DNA from: Vermamoeba vermiformis
Taxonomy: Eukaryota
Direction of reading: 5' to 3'
Length of the DNA: 20,000 nt
Assembly (NCBI GenBank): GCA_045837725.1
Contig: JBEWZL010000212.1
Location: 113,943 to 133,942 of the forward strand
Shown: positions 1 to 9,787 of the stretch, piece after piece
Position numbering within the stretch: the first letter of the stretch is position 1
How the letters are laid out: each line of letters opens with the position of its first letter
Made by a program: the position numbers and the translations under genes
Notes under the pieces: model-generated
What the model was told of the DNA's origin: nothing
The model's input: the letters and a program-made list of their open reading frames with translations, nothing else
Database searches by the model: none

Positions 1-1514
1 ACACGGAACACATCCGATTTGCGCGGAGCCATCTGGGTGTTTTTGGGGTATGATGCAGGGGGATGTCGCAGCACCGACTGGAGTAGTTATGGGGCAGTGG
101 TAAGCTGATTATTATAAAATTGAAAATAAGATTTATGTCTTTATTGTTCTAATTCGGAATTAGGGAGTAATATTCCCTAGCCCAGATAGGCCAGTAGGAT
201 ACAATTACATTTATATACAGAATTATTTCGTTTATTTTCCGAGGGCCCAGATCAGCTTCAGAGTAAGGCTACCTTAATCATTGAATATGTAATCTTATGA
301 TGCCTTAGGATATCGCCAAATTACAGGAGTTACTTAGTGCTGACCCTAATTTGAAAGGATTATTTGCTAGCGGAGGTACTTACGCAGTTATTCTAGCTCC
401 ATATTTCCTAATATTATTTGTGGCAGATCCAAACGAATGGAAAGAGATGAATCAGTCGATTTTAGCTCTTACTTTATACGCAATTACAATAGCGTGCTCA
501 TTAGCAGCATCTATTTTATCGTTATTGAAATTGGGAAGAATAATTTCTGTCAACGGTAGGTGTTATTAATATCAAACATTGCAGTAATCTAGATTTAATT
601 AATTCGTATGCTGCAGGGCTGCAGAGATCTATTGCACAAGTCAGTCTGATATTAATATCGATTGGTTCGTTGGATTTGGCAGCAGTTTTCATTTACCTGA
701 TAGTGCGCAATCTTCTGAATCTGGTTGGCTACCTCGAAGTTCTTGTTTTGTTTTTAGTATTTGCTGATGCCTGTCAAACACTCGCATGTCTCGCTATATG
801 CGTGTTCTGGTAGGTTCTGGATTACGTTAGTATAGTTATCAAATGCTCATTGTTCAGGTACGACATTATGACGGATGTGCGAGGAGTGCCAAAGAAAAAG
901 ATTTCAAAACGAATTGCCGTGCCATTAATCGTAGCTGCCGTTATCATCGTAATCTTATTGCTGCTACTGCCGTTCAATATTCTCGTCCCGAGCGCTCGGA
1001 TTATTAAAGTGTTGGTGCCTGTTGTCTACTTCGTCGTTGCACTTGTACGAACAACGTCTAAAATAATTAACAAACTAACTTGCCTTGTATTTAGGCGATA
1101 ACTATCAGTTGGCTGATTTTGGGGTCGAAATTGTTGAAGACATTGAAGAACAACGCAGCGGTGTCTGACAATAAGCGAAAAATGATTAAGAAAGTAAGAT
1201 TCCAAGAAAAATTTAGGTCATTTGAGACTTTGGGTTGTTAAACACTAACGATTGCGTACTCGTAGTTATCGGACAAGATTTTCATCACCACTGCGTTATT
1301 CTTCTCAACACGTATCATCGAGGTGGCCTGGACTGTTTGTGAATTAATCTACATACCTCTATCAGCCGTCATTACACTTAGCTTGGCGGGTATATTCAAC
1401 GTTGCAACTAATGCGATGCTGTCGCAAGTGTTCGGTGTGCCCAAAAATAGCGACAAAGAGGCTACTGACGGTGTCAATTTAACGGAGCAAAAGAAGCCTC
1501 TGAGCGAAAGCTAA
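1..1514 (+). CDS. 7-transmembrane (GPCR-like topology) membrane protein with a hydrophilic N-terminal region; 5' end lies outside the window
   Basis: Exons <1-99, 164-262, 309-375, 427-555, 617-809, 858-1044, 1095-1193, 1266-1514 join in frame through GT-AG introns. After ...GDPNEWKEMNQS come seven hydrophobic segments: ILALTLYAITIACSLAASILSLL, IAQVSLILISIGSLDLAAVFIYLIV, LEVLVLFLVFADACQTLACLAICVFW, IAVPLIVAAVIIVILLLLLPFNIL, VLVPVVYFVVALAITISWLILG, IFITTALFFSTRIIEVAWTVC, LSAVITLSLAGIFNVATNAML. Basic loops follow TM3 and TM5. Confidence 0.8.
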
Positions 1515-1656
1515 CTGTATAATAACATAATTTTATAGTACCTTATTGGTATATGGTCATCTGGTACTAAGTAAAATAAATTAGAATTTAAATTAGCATT
1601 TGGATCGGGATCGGTTTTCAACTTACCAATAATAATGACTATATTACAGTATGACA

Positions 1657-4600
1657 TTAAGAAAAGAATTCGTTGTATATATCATCGTCTTCGATAACAA
1701 TTTGTTTCTCTGAACTTGCAGTCAAGTTGATCCTCAGTTCGGTACTTGGGATCTCAGCTGGGGTCTTCGACTCAGTGTTGGTGGTATTGGTTGGTTTAAT
1801 ATTTTGCAACCAACTACTCTTTTTCTTCTTCTGTTGTGCATTGACAAGCTCTCTCAGGCTCGATCTAGAATCCTTTTCTTTGTCGGTTTCTTTCGACTTT
1901 GCGTAATTCGTGTTCTTGTTGCTCGAGCCATTAATTTCATCAATATAGTCCTTATGAATAGAAATGACCGGTTTAGGCTTCTCCACTCGAATTTCTGTTC
2001 TATTTTTAGCTGATTTTTCCGCGCGTTCTAAGATCGGGGACTCTCGTTCTTTTTCTCGGACTTCTTTTTGCTTCTTATGCTTATCTTTAGGCTTCTCCTT
2101 AGGCTTATCTTTAGGCTTATCGGATTTTTCTTTAATTATCGGTGATTCTTTTGATTTTTGAACTGGCTTTTGGTCGATCGGCTTTTGTTTTTTCTTTAGT
2201 TTCTTTTCTTCAACTCTCTTTTCTTTCGGTTCATCAACAACATGTTCCGAATCCTTATTTCTTCGCGTCAAGTATGGATTACTATGATCAGCAACGCCAT
2301 TATCATTATTTTCAGGTACGGTTTTCAGCTTTTTCTTAGGACGCTCGTTTGAAGGTTCAGAAGTCGGGGCTTTCCTCTTCTATTAGCATATTAGTATCTT
2401 ATATTGATAGAATGGCTATTTAACTTTCAGTACCTTCGGTTTGTCTTCGATCGGCAGATCAAGCCGATTTTTATAATCACTCGGGTAAATGTACCGAGCA
2501 GGCTCCTCTTCAGGTGGCCATTTAATACTATTTAAGTTCGAGAACAACGTCTTATTGCCTGATCTCTTCCTCGCTACGTCGATAAATCTATTTACATTGC
2601 GTTTGAGGAACGGATGCGATTTCAATCTAAAGAAAAGTCGTTAAATAAGGTATCTTAGGGTTGCAAGCAAATATACTACGCTTACATATGAATCGAAGGA
2701 TTGGACTTCGCCATGGCTTGTTTGAATGAGCCCTTATTGTTAACCTCGATCTTGCTTAATAACGTTGCTAGATCTAGTTTCGGAGACGAGGTTTCTTTTA
2801 AACATGCACTACTCCATTCTTCTATCGATCTATATAGTCTTCCTTTATATTGGATTCCTTTCTTATTTACAAATGCTGAGAATAATAGTAATTAATTTCC
2901 GGAGCGTCGAATATTAAATAGGGTACGTACCAGATTGCTTATTCAGCGATAATTTATCGCCCAAGTTAATAACATATGTTATAGCACTCATGTCTAGCGA
3001 TAATACATGAATATGGTTCGGTGTACTGGATCTGATTTTATCCACTTTAATTCGCGGTCGATTTTCATTTAATAACGTCTTGTAATACGTAATCAAACTA
3101 AGCAAGATTCATTATTAAGTGTATTAAATATAAGTTATAATATTGTAGCTTACTTTCGATGTTTTAAGAGCGGTACGCTGAATTCAATATGATGCATAAA
3201 TCCTCTTCGTCCCCAACAATACAAAGTCCATCGCTAGCATATAAAATCGTTACTATATATTACTATATGACATACTTTTGTATTCTATACCTGAAGGATC
3301 TTTGTATTGTCTTGCGATCTTTTCTTCGGTGATCTTTTAGTGGATGTGGCTGCAGTCGTGGTACTTTGTTTGTTCGCGAAATATCCATCGACAATCCTAG
3401 TCTCATCGGTATACTTCTTATTCATATTCTCGAGGACTACTCGTCTTTTGCTACGACTGATCTGATTGTTATTGTTGTTCTCGGCAGATGCGCCGTTCGT
3501 GTTCGACGATTCTTCTGCGGTATTTGATTCGACTACTGTCTTCTTATTCTTGGATATATTACTATTTTCTGCTGGTTTTTTCTCGTTTTGCGGCAGTAGT
3601 TTCAGTTTGGTCTCCGGCTTACTGGGATTATTCTTCGCTTTCTTGTCCTTATCTTCCGTAATTTTGCCATCATTATTATTAATTTTGCTTTTTAGTTGGG
3701 CTGCGGCATTTTTTGACGACTTTTTGGTATCTTTTTTGGCGTTAGTACTAGGTTTTTTGACAGGCGATTGAAAATCATCGTCATCGTTGAATATGTCCTT
3801 GATAATAGGCTGTTTAATATTCATACCCGTAATATATACTTCTTGTGACTCGTTTGCAGGCTTGTCATTATTATCATCGCCATTTAAATCAATTAATGGT
3901 TCGTCAATTATCGGATCCGGCTGCTGACTTGGTCTTTCTTCAATATGCATAGAATTATTATTACTATTATTTGGTGTTGATCTGAGTCTAATTTTAGGTG
4001 TTTCTGCTGTTGTCTGAAGCGAATCTAATTCTTTCAAAAAATCGTTGTTTGACTGACTGTTGACCGAAGCTAATTCCTTAGTGATATTGTTTTCTTGAGA
4101 CTCTACTGGTACTTTGATATAAGGGGCGCCATCTATATCAGGTTCATCATATTGCTCATTGCCGTTGACATCTTGAGGCTGTTCAACGTGTTCGTCAAAG
4201 TGGTGGTTCGTAGGGGGATCCGGCTCCTCTTCAGTTTTAATATGAGCGTAGTATAATTGATCAAATACGCCTTCAATAATAATTTTTTCTTCTTTTTCTT
4301 CATGTCTATAATTTTCTTGCTTGATTTCTCGGTCTAGTACCGGATGTGGGATCGGATTTGCAATGTAAATTTCTTCATCGTCAGATTCGGCCGCTAAAGG
4401 TACTGCTCCTTCTTCTACATATATTTGAGCAACGGTTTCTTGTTTTATTCGAATATTATTGGCCTGTGGAATGGGGACAGACTGCGGTTCCGCCAAATTT
4501 TGATAGAGATCTTCGAATGAAGAAAATCTCGTTTTCTTTGCAGGGGCTTTATGCAAGCTAAATATAAATAAAATTAAAATGGTTGACGTGAGCAAAGAAA

Positions 4601-4816
4601 GCGCGGATGTGTTAAAAGAAATTAAATAATATATGAATCGAAAGCGTATTTCATTATTCACTATTATTCTAAATTCCGATAATTTCTAAAAATAATAAAA
4701 ATTATAATGGCAATAATTTAGCTCGTGCCATTATTTATTGCAAATGTTTGCACTTACAGCTTATCAATCTCTTGATCTATGAATTGAACAGTAGCACTAT
4801 CATACATATCGCCCAT
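1657..4816 (-). CDS. ~892-aa probable nuclear protein: acidic/Asn-rich disordered N-half, central globular region with a RAMA-like domain, Lys/Glu-rich C-terminal tail
   Basis: Exons 4816-4758, 4557-3291, 3233-3154, 3097-2931, 2875-2686, 2626-2434, 2379-1657 (2679 nt) splice in frame with canonical GT-AG sites. Starts MGDMYDSATVQFIDQEIDKLLHKAP. Contains a bipartite NLS-like KRKAPTSEPSNERPKKKLK and three psi-K-x-E motifs. The gene model is well supported; the domain identity is inference. Confidence 0.8.
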
Positions 4817-4961
4817 AGTTATAAATTAAATAATTAAATATACATTTACAAAGTGCAGTTCGTTAGGTGTGCGATCCACAACGGTAACATAAAAAATGAA
4901 TCAAAGCGGGCAAATTAAGTTTTAATTTTGCGACTAAAAGCACAATATTATTATAAATATT
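4817..4961. promoter_or_regulatory. Very short bidirectional promoter region
   Basis: Divergent ATGs at 4816 (-) and 4962 (+) are 145 nt apart, so both promoters and 5' UTRs must fit here. Contains TTTTGCGAC (4926-4934) and GCGGGCAAA. Confidence 0.6.
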
Positions 4962-6920
4962 ATGCAGCATTCACATAGTCACGATCACGCGCACGGCCAC
5001 AGCCACAGTCATGATCACAGTCACGGACACGCTCATCCGCATCCGAATGATACTGACATGAGTCAGAGTAAGCTATAATATTATACTATACTATTGTAGC
5101 GAAATTGTTAATTTAGCTTTTTTTTTGGACCGGATCTTGTCAAGTTATCGGTTACAGTTCCACGGGCTTATTTAATTATTTTAATATTTTTTATTAGTGA
5201 CACAAGAAGAAATAGAAGCACTGGAGGAGCAAGAACATTTTTCTAATGTCCTGCAATCATTTTCTTATTATTATATTTACGCTTCAAAAACTTACACGCG
5301 CATGCACACTGATTGGACTACAATCCCTGATTCTCATAAGAAGTACGTATATATAGCATATTTATGCAATTTTTTGCCATTTTTTTCGTTTTAAACAAAA
5401 AGAAAATGCTTCGCGCAAGATCGAGTCAATTAATTTTGTTATTTTCTTAGATTAACGGCCGATCAACCTGAACGATTAAAAAAACTAGGCGCACTTGCTA
5501 AACAGAACGCAAAGTTCTTGGATAAAGTCATTGAGAACGATAGAATATTCGAGAATGAAAATTATGTACGTACTGACGCCTCTTAGGATAGTAATATTAT
5601 AATAGAGGCTTATAATATGTTCTATATAGGATTATTCAGGCAAGGCACAACAATTCAACGCAGTGGCTACGAGCGAATTTAATATGGACAAAGTTGTTAG
5701 TACTGTCAAACAATTCGTGCGTGAATGGAGCAAAGAGGTGTGCCTATAATACTCGTATATATGCCATATAATGCAGTATATTAATTTATATGAGTTTATT
5801 AGGGAGAAGAGGAAAGAAACAAGTGCTTTTTGCCGATCATGCAAGAGCTCGAAAAATATTTGCCAATCACCGATGAAACTCGATATAAGTATCGTGTAGT
5901 GTGTCCTGGTTCTGGACTGGGTCGATTGCCTTATGAGATTTGCAAACGAGGTACAGTACGGCAATTTTTCAATTCGTCCACTTTCCTTTTTAGGAAATTT
6001 CGTTACAAATGAATTTAACATAGCGGGAAACCGTTGGTGACATTATTGTACTATATATTATCGTAATTACTAATAATGTGTATGTAGGCTATGCTTGCCA
6101 AGGAAATGAGTTCTCGTACTTCATGTTGATCCCGTCCAACTTTATGCTCAACAGAACGACTAAGATTGATGAATATACGATCTATCCTTTCATTCATCAA
6201 GTAAGTGCATATATTTAATATTTTAAGCATCGTCTATTTGATGCTAACAAAAATGAATTTCGAAATTACGAGATCCAGCGCGGCTGCTACTTCGTATTTT
6301 TGGCTAATAATAAGATAAATTCTAATATTTGTAATATAGCTATCTAATATCAAGACATTTGCTGATCAAACTCGCCCAGTAACAATTCCAGACGTGTTGC
6401 CGTCAGATCTGCCTAAAGGCGCCGACTTCTCGTACAGCGCCGGTGAATTCGTACAAATATATAAGAGCCAAAAGGGTGAGTATAATAATATAAATTTATA
6501 TTGTATAGCATTGCTCATTTAATCGATAACTTTTAACAGAGAGTTGGGATGCGGTTTGTACTTGCTTTTTTATGGACACTGCAAACAATATTGTCGAGTA
6601 CGTGGAGACTATTCGCGATATATTAAAGCCCGGAGGTGTTTGGATCAATTTAGGTACGTTTAATATTTTGCTATGATATGATTAAGGTACATCCGCTAAC
6701 TTTTTTTTAAATTTTCTTAGGTCCTTTGCTGTATCATTATTCAGATATCCAAGGCGAGGTATCAATTGAGCTCACCAACGAGCAATTTATGCGCGTAGTG
6801 CGTGATCTTGGCTTTGAAATCAAGCAAGAAAGCACTGTGGATACGCGTTACACCTCCAACACTCGTTCAATGCTAGAGAGCTTGTATCATTGTAATTTCT
6901 TCACTGCTATTAAGAAATAA
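4962..6920 (+). CDS. CARNMT1: Carnosine N-methyltransferase (N2227-like, class I SAM-dependent histidine methyltransferase)
   Basis: Exons 4962-5067, 5198-5342, 5451-5565, 5630-5737, 5803-5950, 6088-6200, 6340-6475, 6540-6653, 6721-6920. Family motifs: [102 protein letters not shown]. Confidence 0.95.
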
Positions 6921-7053
6921 ACAATGAAGGACCTCTAAGAGTCAAAAAATGAAAGTGATACGACTTTTTCCGATCCCGCTCTTTTTTGAAATGCAGATCT
7001 GAACACCACAGCAGAGCTATGTTTTGTCAATTCAAGTAGTACATCAGTTATAG

Positions 7054-7296
7054 GTATGTAGTATTATTTCATAGTATGGGCCCAGTTATGCTCGTTACTC
7101 TCCAAAACAAATTTAGTCATCAGATCTCTGCTTCAGTTGTGCCCAAAAAATTAAAATAATTATAATCATGCAGTATTATTTGTAATTAATATTAATGGGC
7201 CAGTGGAACTAAAACCAATGCAGATAAAATCGAATTTACAAATTGATTTCTAATCTTAAATGTTAGTAGCATGAATCTAACTCTTATAACCATTAG
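7054..7296 (+). other. Probable 5' UTR intron of the exonuclease gene
   Basis: Strong donor AG|GTATGT at 7054, TCTAAC branch and CATTAG acceptor ending 7296, followed 22 nt later by the ATG at 7319. The upstream ATGs I checked hit stops quickly. Confidence 0.5.
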
Positions 7297-7318
7297 ATAT
7301 CATACAAAAATATTAAAT

Positions 7319-9544
7319 ATGGAGCCTGAAGAAGATTTACTCGATTTTATGGAAAAAGAGACTGGTGGATCAAGTTTCAAAAAATCAACGTCCTCTTTGA
7401 CTTTCCAAGAAAAACTAAAAGCAGATCAAGCCAAGGACTATGACAAAGAAAATGATTTATTGAATAAGACTAATTATGGCGAAGATTTTAACGACTTGGT
7501 GACGCAGATGGATCACGAGGGAGATCTTTTAGGCACGCAAGAAGGCATTCAACTGAATGATAGCGATGAAGAGAATATAGATGTCGATAATATAGAAAAT
7601 AAGGTGCATATTGACGAAGAAGAAAATGACGAGAACAAAATGGAGATCGAATCTACTTCCCCAAACAGATCTGCTCAAGAAACTTCGCAAAAAGGTCCTA
7701 ATAACGACGATAATACTCAAAATAGCAATAATATGACTAGCGGTGAAGAACGAATGGCGCATCTACTCGACGCACTTGACGATCTGAGTCAAGATATCAT
7801 TAGCACTCCAGCACCAGTCACTAAGCCTATTAATAGCCTTAATATTGAACCTGCAAATAACACAAGCAATATAACTAGTCAATATGTGCATAATAAGATC
7901 GAAGAAGATTTAGACATTGGTACTCCGTCAGCGAAGATAGATCCGACCCAAGTTAATCCGGACAACAACGATGCGAACAATAAGAAAGATAATAATATAG
8001 TGCCTAGTCAGTCTCAAAAATCGGGGTCAATTCAACAGCGCAAGATATTTAAAGCAAAATCAAAACGACCGCCAAATGCGATCGGTCCTGGATCTCAAGA
8101 CAGTCAAAATGAAGCTTTTTTGACAGACAATACGAGCGATAATATGAATACTAATGATAATAATGCAAATACTAATCGAAAGAAGTTCACTAAGCAAAGT
8201 AGTTCTGGCGCGATCCAAAACGCGACCAGCACACAAAATCAACCTGTAAATAATACTGTGAATACTTCTGATGTGAATAATAACAACAATACGAATAACA
8301 ACGACGGGGACAATATGGACGATGTTCCGCCGTCCACGCAATCACGTGCCTTGCCGATCTGGTTCTCATCGAAGACGTCGATTGACAAGCAAACAGTGAC
8401 CTCGACAAAAGACAGACAAAAACTCAAGTCAGAACTGCGCAATAGACTCATCGAGGGCTGGAAGAACGAAGGTTTTTCATTCACTTCAACGAGCTCCAGC
8501 ACGAGTTCTAGTGCCAACAAAGGTCCCTCTCAAGCAGTCCTCAATCGAGCTCCGTACTGCGAGATCACTGACGACATTACCACAATAGTCAAAGGCAGAG
8601 CTGTGATCTTTGATCTCGAGACTTCAGGCACGTGTCGACATTCTCGTGTCAAAGTGTCACAATAGCACTAACGACAATTACCAAATTTAGGTTTCTCCAA
8701 TGACGACAGCATCATCGAGATCGGTGCCGTGGAAGTTATTGACGGCTATAGAACGGGAGTGCTATTTCAATCGTACGCTCAGCCACGGAAAAGTACGTTA
8801 TTCTTTGAAAACTTCGTTCAGTGAATTAACCGTTCATGAAAACTTTGCAGTGGTCGACTACAGGGCCGAAGCCGTGCACTTAATTACACCTCAGCTGTTA
8901 CAGGCGAGTCCTCCTATTCAGGTACGGATTCTATTCGAAGTTTCAGTTTGACACGTGTCACTAACAGTTTGACACTTTTGTAGTTTGTAATGGCCAGCTT
9001 TTTACAATTCATCGGAAAATCACCCCTCATAGCCCACAATGCCCCGTTTGAGTATGTCATTACCAAATAAGAAAAGTCACGTGGTACTAACAAATCCGTC
9101 CAGTATGAGGTTTCTTATCAACGAGATTCAACGGTTAGATCTGAGCGATAAATTTGCCAAAAGATCTGTTTTTTGCACGCAGAGCTGGTTTAGGAAAAAA
9201 TATCCGAATCGGAGTTATTCACTGAACGATCTTGCCGTGCAGTTCAACATCAACTTGGACACGCGATTGACGCAGCATTCGGCACTAGTAGACGTAAGTA
9301 TAAATTTAGTTATCGAGTCTATATTAATCTATTTTAGGCTGAAATTTTGTCGCAAGTCATCACGTGCATGTTAATCAGTGAAAAAGTTCCAAAACAACGA
9401 ACTTTACCGGATGTGCCCTCAACTCAATCGAGCACGAACAAACCGAGCACGAAGCCTGCTGAAGATACTGATGGTCATAATAATAATAACATAACAAACA
9501 ATAATAATGGTACTGATAATGTCACGAGCAATCTTCATCAGTAA
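7319..9544 (+). CDS. ~648-aa protein: long acidic/Asn-rich disordered N-terminus plus a DnaQ (DNA Pol III epsilon)-like DEDDh 3'-5' exonuclease domain
   Basis: Exons 7319-8627, 8691-8792, 8851-8921, 8984-9051, 9104-9293, 9338-9544 (1947 nt). Motifs: ExoI VIFDLETSGFSNDDSIIEIGAVE, AEAVHLIT, ExoII LIAHNAPFDMRFL, ExoIII QHSALVDAEIL. All D-E-D-H-D catalytic positions are present. The first coding intron appears to be GC-AG. Confidence 0.9.
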
Positions 9545-9629
9545 CTTGCGGATCTGATCTGGCTGATCAAACCTGTTGTGATAAATGCTGTAAATACTAC
9601 GATTATATTATAATTGTGTTCAACTATAC

Positions 9630-9730
9630 GGTCTGGCTGTTTAGTTTGAGCGAGGCACACGGGGCTGTGCTGGACGGTTTCGAACCGACACTTACCAAAT
9701 GCTCAAAACTGCTAATGCCTAAACTTTTTT
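9630..9730 (+). ncRNA. Candidate structured small RNA or RNA-derived element (unassigned)
   Basis: ~52% GC island between two convergent 3' ends. Complementary pairs GTTTAG/CTAAAC and TTTGAGC/GCTCAAA enclose two hairpins, and a T6 run follows. B-box-like GGTTTCGAACC. No family recognised and the strand is uncertain. Confidence 0.3.
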
Positions 9731-9787
9731 CCACTAAAATAATACCAAAGTAACCTTTTTTATGCTGAAGACCATTTATTACAGTTT

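Noticed and set aside
3154-3465. SRSKRRVV followed by ILQRWTLY suggested a CENP-C motif or SANTA domain (KNL2/Mis18BP1)
   Set aside because: The P..[FY]W half of the CENP-C motif and the SANTA GFP..W signature are absent.
1673-4561. Several hydrophobic plus-strand ORFs (e.g. 1673-1906, 1964-2161, 3466-3771)
   Set aside because: Antisense shadows of Lys/Glu/Asn-rich minus-strand exons; T-rich codons mimic membrane proteins.
4558-4661. Hydrophobic signal-like N-terminus of the 458-aa ORF
   Set aside because: It lies inside intron 4757-4558; the real first exon is 4816-4758.
7271-7318. ORF-track start MNLTLITIRY
   Set aside because: It overlaps a branch point and acceptor (CTAAC...CATTAG), so ATG 7319 is preferred; not proven.
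7529-8520. Minus-strand ORFs over the exonuclease N-terminal region
   Set aside because: Antisense to low-complexity coding sequence, with no recognisable motifs.
9660-9700. tRNA gene suggested by GGTTCGAAACC
   Set aside because: No acceptor, D or anticodon arms with tRNA spacing could be built on either strand; kept only as an unassigned structured element.
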